DNA from: Lachnospiraceae bacterium
GTDB lineage: Bacteria; Bacillota; Clostridia; Lachnospirales; Lachnospiraceae
DNA length: 64,000 nucleotides
Assembly (NCBI GenBank): GCA_024698885.1
Contig: JAILQQ010000054.1
Span: 619-64,618, forward strand
Direction: 5' to 3'
Shown here: positions 10,230 through 18,685 of the stretch, one piece after another
How the letters are laid out: each line of letters opens with the position of its first letter
How positions within the stretch are numbered: the first letter of the stretch is position 1
The notes under the pieces: model-generated
What the model was told of the DNA's origin: nothing
Seen by the model: only the letters and a program-made list of their open reading frames with translations
The model's database searches: none
Program-made: the position numbers and the translations under genes

Positions 10230-12323
10230 TTAATATTTTTTTGCCTCAAGCACCGCTGTCGTCCGGGGGGAAAGCACCAGTTTTGTCTCATCAGGCAGCA
10301 CTGTATCCCCTTCTTCTGCCGCCCGCGCTGCCCCCGTTTCAAAGGCAAGCCGCCATACAAAGCCCGCCGGGATCACCGGCAGCGTAAAACAGTGCTCTTC
10401 CCAGTGCGCATTGACCGCGACATAAATAAACGCGTCTTCTCCGGTGTGATATTTCTCATGATCCTCCGCGTACATATAGGCAAACGCAAGCCCCGGCGCC
10501 GCCTCATCAAGCTCCCAGGGGGTCGTCCCATGGAAGGACAGCTCCGGATATCCGGTGTCGTTATTGCCAAACTGATATTTACTGGCTAAAAAGACCGGAT
10601 GGTTCCTTCGGAATCCGATCAGCCGTCTGACATATTCGAAATGCTCCCTGTTCTTTGAAAGCAATGTCCAGTCAAGCCAGGAAACCGCATTATCCTGACA
10701 ATAGGCATTATTATTCCCCCACTGGGTATTGGCAAATTCATCCCCCGATAAAAGCATGGGAATGCCGCGGCTTGTCAAAAGGATCGTCAGCATGTTGCGC
10801 ATCTGGCGAAACCTGAGGGAAAGGATCTCGGGATCCTCGGTCTCGCCCTCCGCCCCGCAGTTCCAGCTGCGGTTATCATCGCATCCGTCCCGATTGTTTT
10901 CCCCGTTTGCCTCGTTATGCTTCTTATTGTAGGAAACCAGATCGTAGAGCGTAAAGCCGTCGTGGCAGGTGATGAAATTAATGGTGGCCGCCGCGCTTCT
11001 CCCGCCGTAAAGGTCGTCAGAGCCCCGGATGCGGTGCATCAGCTCCGGCGCGGCTTCAGCCCCGCCCTTGATAAAGCTTCGTAAACAGTCACGGTATTTT
11101 CCGTTCCATTCCGACCACCGCCGCCAGGACGGAAAGCTGCCGACCTGATAAAGGCCTCCCGCGTCCCAGGCCTCCGCGATCAGAAGGCTCTTCCCCAGTA
11201 CCGCGTCATGTGCGATGCTGTCCAGTAAAGGCGGATCCATCATCGGCGTGCCGTCCTCGTCCCGGGAAAGGATCGAAGCCAGATCAAAGCGGAACCCATC
11301 CACATGGTAGGCGGAAACCCAGTAGCGCAGGCAGTCGAGCACGACGTTCCGGACCACCGGATTATTACAGTTCATGGTATTGCCGCAGCCGCTGAAATTA
11401 TAATAGCTTCCGTCCGGTGTCAGAAGATAATAGGTACGATTGTCAATGCCCCGGTAGGAAATATACGGCCCGTTTTCGTTGCCCTCCGCCGTATGGTTAA
11501 ACACCACATCGAGCACGACCTCAATGCCGTTCTGATGAAATTTCCGGATCATGTTCTTCATCTCATCCGCTTCCATGCCAAAGGGGGCGGAGGCGGCATA
11601 TCCGGCCTTGGGCGCAAAGAAGCATACCGTCGAGTAGCCCCAGTAATTAAACAACTGCTGCCCGTCCACCTCTTTCACGTTTTCAAATTCATCGAATTCA
11701 AAAACAGGCATGAGCTCGACGCAGTTTATCCCAAGCTCCTTTAAATAAGGAATCTTCTCCGTCAGTCCGGCAAAGGTGCCCTTAAAGCGGACGCCGCTTT
11801 CCTTATGCTTCGTAAAGGACCGCACATGCAGCTCGTAGATGACCAGATCGCACTGCCTGTATTCCAGTGGTTTATCCCCTCTCCAGTCATAGTCCTCCCG
11901 GACTAACTGCCCTCTGTGCAAAAAAGGCCTGGACCAGTCCGGTTTCTTTCCCCAGACGGTCCTGCCGGATACGGATTTCGCGTAAGGATCGAGAAGGATC
12001 TGCGACGGGTCAAAGCGCAGCCCTTTCTCCGGCTGAAAGGGACCGTCAAAGCGGTAACCGTATTCCGTCGTTTCGACATTGAGGCCGAAGACCATGATCG
12101 TATAGACATTGCCGATCCGAAACTCCGGGGGGATCGGGATCTCCACAAAGGGCTTCTTCTGGCCGTGATGAAAGAGAACCAGCGTACAGCCCGTGGCATC
12201 CCGCGAAAAAATACTGAAATTTACGCCGTCATCCATGATCGTCGCACCAAAGGGGAAAACCCGCCCGATCCCGTATTTCAGATTCTTTATCTGATCCGTC
12301 GGATAAGTATCGATCGCCTTCAT
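10230..12323 (-). CDS. glgX: Glycogen debranching enzyme (GH13 isoamylase type)
   Basis: GH13 conserved regions DVVFNHT, GFRFDLAS, EAWD and FITCHDGFTL. GGAGGA lies 7 nt upstream of the ATG. Confidence 0.92.
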   Translation of the reverse strand: MKAIDTYPTDQIKNLKYGIGRVFPFGATIMDDGVNFSIFSRDATGCTLVLFHHGQKKPFVEIPIPPEFRIGNVYTIMVFGLNVETTEYGYRFDGPFQPEKGLRFDPSQILLDPYAKSVSGRTVWGKKPDWSRPFLHRGQLVREDYDWRGDKPLEYRQCDLVIYELHVRSFTKHKESGVRFKGTFAGLTEKIPYLKELGINCVELMPVFEFDEFENVKEVDGQQLFNYWGYSTVCFFAPKAGYAASAPFGMEADEMKNMIRKFHQNGIEVVLDVVFNHTAEGNENGPYISYRGIDNRTYYLLTPDGSYYNFSGCGNTMNCNNPVVRNVVLDCLRYWVSAYHVDGFRFDLASILSRDEDGTPMMDPPLLDSIAHDAVLGKSLLIAEAWDAGGLYQVGSFPSWRRWSEWNGKYRDCLRSFIKGGAEAAPELMHRIRGSDDLYGGRSAAATINFITCHDGFTLYDLVSYNKKHNEANGENNRDGCDDNRSWNCGAEGETEDPEILSLRFRQMRNMLTILLTSRGIPMLLSGDEFANTQWGNNNAYCQDNAVSWLDWTLLSKNREHFEYVRRLIGFRRNHPVFLASKYQFGNNDTGYPELSFHGTTPWELDEAAPGLAFAYMYAEDHEKYHTGEDAFIYVAVNAHWEEHCFTLPVIPAGFVWRLAFETGAARAAEEGDTVLPDETKLVLSPRTTAVLEAKKY

Positions 12324-12490
12324 TCTGATGTCCTCCAGATAATCAAATCATACCATTTTCTGCCGCATTATGCCAACAGTATGTTATTGCTGTTGTTGCT
12401 GTCATCACAACGGTACTTGCCAAAAACGGGGCGGATGAATTAAAATAGACCCCGGCGGAATTAACCGATTTTAAACAGAGGAGACAAGAG

Positions 12491-13513
12491 ATGATCAAGG
12501 AAGCTATCGTTAAAATTGTAAACAAGGAAGATCTGTCTTATGATGAGGCTTATACTGTCATGAACGAGATCATGAGCGGGGAAACCTCGCCGACGCAGAA
12601 TGCCGCTTTTTTAGCGGCGCTTTCCACGAAAAGCGCGAGAGCCGAGACGACGGATGAAATCGCGGGCTGTGCGGCTGCCATGCGGGATCACGCGACGAAG
12701 GTGGAAACCGGTCTCGATATTCTGGAGATCGTCGGCACCGGCGGCGACAACGCCGGCAGCTTCAATATTTCAACAACTGCGGCGCTCGTTGCGGCAGCCG
12801 GCGGGATCAAGGTAGCCAAGCACGGAAACCGGGCGGCTTCCTCTCTCTGCGGAACGGCAGACTGCCTCGAGGCGCTTGGGGTCAATATCGAACAGGACCC
12901 GGAAATGTGCAAAAGACTGCTTGACGAGGTCGGAATGTGCTTCTTCTTTGCGCAGAAATACCATACCTCGATGAAATATGTCGGCGCCATCCGAAAGGAG
13001 TTAGGCTTCCGTACTGTATTTAATATCCTCGGACCGTTGACAAACCCGGCCTCTCCGTCCATGCAGCTGCTCGGGGTATATGACGGTTATCTCGTTGAGC
13101 CCCTGGCGCAGGTTCTCGTGAATCTTGGCATCAAAAGGGGCATGGTGGTCTACGGGACGGATAAGCTCGATGAGATCTCCCTGTCCGCGCCGACGAAGAT
13201 CTGTGAGATCAAGGACGGGTGGTTTAAGTCCTTTACGATCGCGCCGGAGGATTTCGGCTTTGAGAGATGTGAAAAGGACGCGTTAAAGGGCGGAACGCCG
13301 GCGGAGAACGCTGAGATCACGAAAGCGATCTTAGGCGGCGAGAAGGGGCCGAAGCGAAACGCGGTCCTGTTAAACGCAGGCGCGGCTCTTTATATCGGCG
13401 GAAAGGCAGACAGCATAAAGGACGGCACTGTGCTTGCCGCAGAGCTCATTGATTCAAAAAAGGCAGAAGAGACACTGAAGCTGCTTATCGAAAAAAGCAG
13501 GAAGGAAGCGTAA
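12491..13513 (+). CDS. trpD: Anthranilate phosphoribosyltransferase
   Basis: [24 protein letters not shown] and KHGNRAASS motifs. AGAGGAG precedes the ATG. Confidence 0.95.
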   Translation: MIKEAIVKIVNKEDLSYDEAYTVMNEIMSGETSPTQNAAFLAALSTKSARAETTDEIAGCAAAMRDHATKVETGLDILEIVGTGGDNAGSFNISTTAALVAAAGGIKVAKHGNRAASSLCGTADCLEALGVNIEQDPEMCKRLLDEVGMCFFFAQKYHTSMKYVGAIRKELGFRTVFNILGPLTNPASPSMQLLGVYDGYLVEPLAQVLVNLGIKRGMVVYGTDKLDEISLSAPTKICEIKDGWFKSFTIAPEDFGFERCEKDALKGGTPAENAEITKAILGGEKGPKRNAVLLNAGAALYIGGKADSIKDGTVLAAELIDSKKAEETLKLLIEKSRKEA

Positions 13514-13515
13514 CG

Positions 13516-14298
13516 ATGACGATCTTATCGGAAATCGCGGCATATACCCTGAAGCGGGTGGAAAAGGCAAAGGAGCTGCGGCCTGCGGATCAGCTCAGGG
13601 CGGAAGCGTACGCCCTGCCAAAGGGCTCGTTTTCCTTTGAAAAGGCCCTGAAGAAGCCTTCTCTCTCCTTTATCTGCGAATGTAAAAAGGCCTCCCCGTC
13701 AAAGGGGATCATCGCCCCGGATTTTCCGTATCTTGATATCGCGCTTTCCTATGAAAAGGCAGGGGCGGAGGCGATATCCGTCCTGACGGAACCGAAATGG
13801 TTCCTCGGGCGTGACGAATACCTGAAGGAAATTGTTTCCCACGTGAATATCCCTGTTCTGAGAAAGGATTTTACCGTGGATGCCTATATGATCTATGAGG
13901 CTAAGCTGCTCGGGGCTTCGGCGGTTCTTTTGATCGTTTCTCTTTTGCGGCAGGAAGAGCTGAAGGAATATCTTCGGATCTGCGACGAGCTCGGGCTTTC
14001 CGCATTAGTGGAGTGCCACGACGAAAAGGAGATCGGGACCGCGCTTTCTGCCGGCGCCCGTGTGATCGGCGTGAACAATCGTAATCTGAAGGATTTTTCA
14101 ATAGACAGGGAGCTTGGGCGGCGGCTTCGGCAGTATGTGCCGAAGGAAGCCGTATATGTATCGGAAAGCGGCGTCAAGGGGGCTTCGGACTTAAAGGGGC
14201 TTACGGAGATCGGGGCCGATGCGGTCCTGATCGGGGAGACCCTCATGCGTGCCGGAGACCGGGAGACGCTGTTAAAGGAATGGCGGGACAGTTTATGA
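13516..14298 (+). CDS. trpC: Indole-3-glycerol phosphate synthase
   Basis: ECKKASPSKG and GVNNRNL motifs. It starts 2 nt after the trpD stop. Confidence 0.95.
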   Translation: MTILSEIAAYTLKRVEKAKELRPADQLRAEAYALPKGSFSFEKALKKPSLSFICECKKASPSKGIIAPDFPYLDIALSYEKAGAEAISVLTEPKWFLGRDEYLKEIVSHVNIPVLRKDFTVDAYMIYEAKLLGASAVLLIVSLLRQEELKEYLRICDELGLSALVECHDEKEIGTALSAGARVIGVNNRNLKDFSIDRELGRRLRQYVPKEAVYVSESGVKGASDLKGLTEIGADAVLIGETLMRAGDRETLLKEWRDSL

Positions 14299-14903
14299 CA
14301 AGGATCAAGCTTTGCGGCATACGCCGGATAACGGAAATCGATGTGATCAATACGTTAAAACCTGACTACGTCGGCTTTGTTTTCGCGCCTAAGAGCAAAA
14401 GGGCGGTAACGAAGCAGACGGCAGAGGAGCTGCGGCTAAGGCTTCACCGGGATATCAAGACCGTGGGGGTTTTTGTGGATGAGGAGCTTTCTGTAGTGAC
14501 AGAGCTCCTGCAGGCAGGTATCATCGATATCGCGCAGCTTCACGGACACGAGACGGAAGAATATATTGGCAGGCTGAAGGACGTTTCCGGCAAACCGGTG
14601 ATCAGGGCTCTCCGGATCAGGAAGAAAGAGGACCTGGCCTTAGCGGATACGTGCGCGGCGGATCATATCCTGTTGGATGCCGGCGCCGGAGATGGCGTAA
14701 CCTTTGACTGGACATGGCTTCAAACCGTGAAAAGACCGTATTTTCTGGCAGGAGGCCTGAATCCGGAAAACGTCGGCGGGGCGGTACAGATGCTCCGGCC
14801 CTTCGGGGTGGACGTAAGCTCCGGGATCGAAACCGACGGCGTCAAGGACTTCGAAAAGATGCGGGCCTTTGTGGAGGCGGTACGGCAGCAGGATGAGAAA
14901 TAA
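14295..14903 (+). CDS. trpF: Phosphoribosylanthranilate isomerase
   Basis: MTRIKLCGI start. ATGA overlap with the trpC stop. The ORF-track start at 14280 is probably over-extended. Confidence 0.9.
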   Translation: MTRIKLCGIRRITEIDVINTLKPDYVGFVFAPKSKRAVTKQTAEELRLRLHRDIKTVGVFVDEELSVVTELLQAGIIDIAQLHGHETEEYIGRLKDVSGKPVIRALRIRKKEDLALADTCAADHILLDAGAGDGVTFDWTWLQTVKRPYFLAGGLNPENVGGAVQMLRPFGVDVSSGIETDGVKDFEKMRAFVEAVRQQDEK

Positions 14904-14965
14904 CAGATCGGCGCAGAGAGGAAATGATCCGGCCCGGAAGACGGAACGGATCAACGCAGAAAGGA
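14904..14965 (+). repeat. Intergenic hairpin repeat, the only copy in plus-sense orientation, ending in the trpB SD
   Basis: CAGATCGGCGCAGAGAGGAAATGATCCGG...CGGATCAACGCAGAAAGGA. It is the reverse complement of the motif seen next to minus-strand genes. It sits between trpF and trpB. Confidence 0.7.
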
Positions 14966-14971
14966 AAAGAA

Positions 14972-16165
14972 ATGGGTGAAAAAAAGGGCAGATTCGGTAT
15001 CCACGGCGGACAATATATACCGGAAACGCTGATGAACGCGGTAATTGAGCTGGAAAAGGCCTATGAGCGCTTCAGGGAGGATCCGGATTTTCAGAGAGAA
15101 CTGTCCGCGCTCCTTAACGAGTACGCCGGCCGGCCGTCACGGCTTTATTTTGCGGAAAAGATGACGGAGGATCTCGGGGGCGCCCGGATCTATTTAAAGA
15201 GAGAGGATCTCAATCATACCGGTGCCCATAAGATCAATAATGTTCTGGGACAGGCGCTGCTTGCGAAGAAAATGGGAAAGACGAGGCTGATCGCCGAAAC
15301 CGGGGCCGGCCAGCACGGTGTCGCCACGGCAACGGCTGCCGCTCTCATGGGGATGGAATGTGTTGTTTTCATGGGCGAAGAGGATACGAAACGGCAGGCC
15401 TTAAACGTCTACCGGATGCGCCTGCTCGGCGCCGAGGTGATCCCCGTAAAAACCGGAACCGCCACGTTAAAGGATGCGGTTTCCGAAGCGATGCGGGAAT
15501 GGACGAGAAGGATCGAGGATACGCACTACTGTCTCGGCTCCGTCATGGGACCCCACCCGTTTCCGACTATTGTCAGGGATTTTCAGGCGGTGATATCTTC
15601 GGAGATCAAGGCGCAGATGCTAAAAAAGGAGGGGCGCCTGCCGGATGCCGTTCTGGCCTGTGTCGGCGGGGGTTCTAACGCGATCGGAAGCTTCTATCAT
15701 TTTATCGGGGATAAGGAGGTCCGCCTGATCGGCTGCGAGGCAGCGGGAAGAGGCGTGGATACGCCGGAGACTGCCGCGACCATCGCGACGGGACGGGAAG
15801 GCATCTTTCATGGCATGAAATCCTATTTCTGTCAGGACGAATACGGCCAGATCGCGCCGGTTTATTCCATTTCCGCCGGACTTGACTACCCGGGGATCGG
15901 GCCGGAGCATGCCTATCTTTATGATACCGGCCGGGCGGAATATGTTGCCGTGACGGATGAGGAGGCAGTCGAAGCCTTTGAATACCTCGCAAGAACCGAA
16001 GGCATCATCCCTGCCATCGAATCCGCCCATGCGGTGGCATATGCCAGAGTACTGGCGCCGAAGTTCACAAAAGAGCAGACGATCGTCGTGACGCTGTCCG
16101 GCAGAGGAGATAAGGACTGCGCCGCGATCGCAAGATACAGAGGAGAGAAAGATATCCATGAGTAA
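14972..16165 (+). CDS. trpB: Tryptophan synthase beta chain
   Basis: The [18 protein letters not shown] start follows AAAGGAAAAG. PLP-lysine motif HTGAHKINN and GGGSNAIG are present. The ORF-track start at 14924 reads through the repeat. Confidence 0.95.
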   Translation: MGEKKGRFGIHGGQYIPETLMNAVIELEKAYERFREDPDFQRELSALLNEYAGRPSRLYFAEKMTEDLGGARIYLKREDLNHTGAHKINNVLGQALLAKKMGKTRLIAETGAGQHGVATATAAALMGMECVVFMGEEDTKRQALNVYRMRLLGAEVIPVKTGTATLKDAVSEAMREWTRRIEDTHYCLGSVMGPHPFPTIVRDFQAVISSEIKAQMLKKEGRLPDAVLACVGGGSNAIGSFYHFIGDKEVRLIGCEAAGRGVDTPETAATIATGREGIFHGMKSYFCQDEYGQIAPVYSISAGLDYPGIGPEHAYLYDTGRAEYVAVTDEEAVEAFEYLARTEGIIPAIESAHAVAYARVLAPKFTKEQTIVVTLSGRGDKDCAAIARYRGEKDIHE

Positions 16166-16943
16166 GATAAGAAGCGCCTTTCAAAAGGGAAAGGCTTTCA
16201 TCCCTTTTATCACCTGCGGTGACCCGGATCTTCCGACGACGGAAAAATGCATCACGGAGATGGTGAAGGCGGGCGCGGATCTGATCGAACTGGGAATTCC
16301 CTTTTCGGATCCCACCGCGGAAGGACCTGTGATCCAGGCGGCCAATATGCGGGCGCTTGCCGGAGGCGTTACGACGGATAAGATATTCCAGATGGTGAAA
16401 AGGCTCCGGGAAACCATACGGATCCCGTTAGTTTTCATGACCTATGCCAATGTGGTATTTTCCTACGGCGCGGAAGCGTTCCTGCAGAAATGCCGGGAAA
16501 CGGGAATAGACGGTATGATCCTGCCGGACCTGCCCTTTGAGGAAAAGGAGGAATTCCTGCCGCTCTGCCATGAAACCGGCGTCGACCTGATCTCTTTAGT
16601 GGCGCCTACTTCCGAAGGAAGGATCGCCATGATCGCAAAAGAGGCGGAAGGTTTTCTCTATCTTGTCAGCAGCCTCGGCGTGACCGGCGTCAGGGGCGAG
16701 ATCACGACAGACCTCGGTTCCATCGTGAAGATCGTAAGGCAGAATACGGATATCCCCTGTGCCATCGGCTTCGGCATTTCAACGCCGGATCAGGCGAGGC
16801 GCATGGCAGCGCTTTCCGACGGTGCGATCGTCGGCTCCGCGATCATCCGGATCATCGAAGAATACAAAGCAGAAGCGCCGGAAAAGGTCGGCGCATACGT
16901 GAAGTCCATGAAAGACGCGCTGACAGCCCCTTCTCTGCCGTAA
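16158..16943 (+). CDS. trpA: Tryptophan synthase alpha chain
   Basis: [22 protein letters not shown] motif. It overlaps the trpB end by 8 nt. Confidence 0.95.
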   Translation: MSKIRSAFQKGKAFIPFITCGDPDLPTTEKCITEMVKAGADLIELGIPFSDPTAEGPVIQAANMRALAGGVTTDKIFQMVKRLRETIRIPLVFMTYANVVFSYGAEAFLQKCRETGIDGMILPDLPFEEKEEFLPLCHETGVDLISLVAPTSEGRIAMIAKEAEGFLYLVSSLGVTGVRGEITTDLGSIVKIVRQNTDIPCAIGFGISTPDQARRMAALSDGAIVGSAIIRIIEEYKAEAPEKVGAYVKSMKDALTAPSLP

Positions 16944-16962
16944 GCAGGCGGGAAAGGTCTCG

Positions 16963-18444
16963 TCATATCTCCTTCGGAAGCGGTGTCTCTGCCGTCTCCA
17001 TAAATGCGCTCAATCTCTTTTTTGCCTCCGCGATGGAAAGGTTGGTTCCCGCGCCGGCCACACATCCGCCCGGACAGGCCATCCCCTCGATGAGGCACCC
17101 CTGCTTCAGCCCGGATTTTGCAAGCGTCAGCATCTTGCGGCACTCCGCCAGTCCCTCCGCGTGCTCGATATGGATCTCCGTGTCGGGGTATTTGGCGCGG
17201 ATACATTTTTCAATGGCGCTCGCTACCCCGCCTGCCGCACCGTAGCCTCTGGCGGCACCGGATGCGTCCTGCAGGCCATCCTCCGGCGTCACCTCCTCCG
17301 GATTGATGCCTTTTGCGTCAAAAATACCTAAAAGCTCCTCGTAGGTAATCACAAAATCCACGTCCGAACGCACGGTCCTTCTGCTGGCCTCCAGCTTCTT
17401 CGAAGCGCAGGGACCGATAAATACCACATCCGCGTCCGGATGCTCCTTCAGGATCTCCCTGGCGGTAGCCACCATGGGCGTCAGTTCCCTCGAAATGCTG
17501 TCAATGGTTTCCGGGAAAAAGAGCTTTGCTAAGTACATCCAGCTCGGACAGCAGGAGGTCAGCAAGAACGGGACCTCCTTTGTGCTCACCTTCTCCACAT
17601 AATGCTTGGCTTCCGCCACACAGCCGATATCCGCGCCGATAGCGGTCTCGACCACATCGTAAAAACCTAACTGCTTCAAAGCGGTTTTGACCTGTGCCTC
17701 CGTTGCGTTGCCAAACTGGCCGACAAAGGAGGGCGCTAACTCCGCGATCAGCTTCTTTCCCGACATTAACGCTTTGATCAGCTGGAAGATCTGGGATTTA
17801 TCCGCGATAGCGCCGAAGGGGCAGTGTACCATGCACTGTCCGCAGGAAACGCAGGTCGTCCGGTCGATATCCGCTCTTCCGTATTCATCACTGACGATCG
17901 CTCCCAACCCGCAGGCATCCGCGCAGGGACGGCGCTTATGGGAGATCGCGTCATACGGGCAGACACTGTGGCATTTCCCGCATTTCACGCATTTATCCTG
18001 ATCGATAAAGCTTTTTCCGTTTTGGATTGAGATCGCTCCCTTCGGACAGACCTCCACGCAGGGATGCGCGACGCACCCCATACACTGGTCCGAAACGATA
18101 TACATATTCTCCGGGCAGGCGTTGCAGGCGGAAGGGATGACCTGTAACAGGGGCGGCTCATAGTATTTTTCCGCCACATTCGATTCCTCCACCCCGGCGC
18201 TGACAGCCACCGGTTTGTTCTCCGGTCTTAATTTGATCCCGAGAGCCAGCCGCAGCCGCTCCCTGATCACGGCCCTCTCCCGGTAGATATTTCCCCAGTC
18301 TTCCGAAGAATCCATGCTGCAGAGCTCATAAGGAAGCATCTCGATATCCTCCTTCAGATTCTTCGAATGATAGGCTAGCTCCGCTACGGCCTTAAAGATC
18401 ATATGTCTGGTCTTTCTGACGTTTGTGTCCAGTCCTCTCTCCAA
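16963..18444 (-). CDS. [FeFe]-hydrogenase, monomeric ferredoxin-domain type (group B-like)
   Basis: H-cluster motifs TSCCPSW, GPCASKKLE and MACPGGCVAG, plus several CxxCxxCxxxCP clusters. TTG start behind GGAGAGAGGGAG. Confidence 0.85.
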   Translation of the reverse strand: MERGLDTNVRKTRHMIFKAVAELAYHSKNLKEDIEMLPYELCSMDSSEDWGNIYRERAVIRERLRLALGIKLRPENKPVAVSAGVEESNVAEKYYEPPLLQVIPSACNACPENMYIVSDQCMGCVAHPCVEVCPKGAISIQNGKSFIDQDKCVKCGKCHSVCPYDAISHKRRPCADACGLGAIVSDEYGRADIDRTTCVSCGQCMVHCPFGAIADKSQIFQLIKALMSGKKLIAELAPSFVGQFGNATEAQVKTALKQLGFYDVVETAIGADIGCVAEAKHYVEKVSTKEVPFLLTSCCPSWMYLAKLFFPETIDSISRELTPMVATAREILKEHPDADVVFIGPCASKKLEASRRTVRSDVDFVITYEELLGIFDAKGINPEEVTPEDGLQDASGAARGYGAAGGVASAIEKCIRAKYPDTEIHIEHAEGLAECRKMLTLAKSGLKQGCLIEGMACPGGCVAGAGTNLSIAEAKKRLSAFMETAETPLPKEI

Positions 18445-18462
18445 ACTCCCTCTCTCCTTTCC

Positions 18463-18679
18463 CTGCGCCGATTCTACTTTTCAGACGGATCATTTCCTCT
18501 CTGCACCGATCTGCCCCGCAGATCGTGCGCTTAGGCATGAACTTCAGTTCATGCCGATCCGGTCTGTTTTTCAGACCGGATCATTTCCTTATCTGCGCCG
18601 ATTTGCTCGCAAATCGTGCGCTTAGGCATGAACTTCAGTTCATGCCGATCCGGTCTGTTTTTCAGACCGGATCATTTCC
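18463..18679 (-). repeat. Tandem modular three-hairpin repeat (one degenerate copy plus two 92-bp units)
   Basis: The units start at 18501 and 18593. Each contains H1 GCGCCGATyTGC..GCArATCGtGCGC, H2 GGCATGAAC-TTCA-GTTCATGCC and H3 GATCCGGTCTG-TTTTT-CAGACCGGATC, followed by the ATTTCC tail. Confidence 0.9.
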
Positions 18680-18685
18680 TTATTC

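Noticed and set aside
12370-12438. Mini-ORFs in the trpD leader. One encodes MPTVCYCCCCCHHNGTCQKRGG, and an overlapping frame encodes MLLLLLLSSQRYLPKTGRMN. I considered both as attenuation leader peptides.
   Set aside because: Neither ATG has a Shine-Dalgarno site, neither contains Trp codons, and no alternative terminator/antiterminator pair follows. The run is a simple TGY/TTG repeat, (TGCTGT)n, in a divergent promoter region.
12324-12490. A T-box or TRAP-binding leader upstream of trpD.
   Set aside because: I could not find the conserved T-box 14-mer, a specifier-loop context or spaced (G/U)AG triplets by eye. The region is also short. This needs a covariance search to settle, so I report it only as an absence in the trp finding.
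18463-18679. Regularly spaced direct repeats, checked as a possible small CRISPR array.
   Set aside because: The 92-bp units are contiguous, with no unique spacers. They are made of three hairpins each, recur as single modules across the window, and no cas genes are present.
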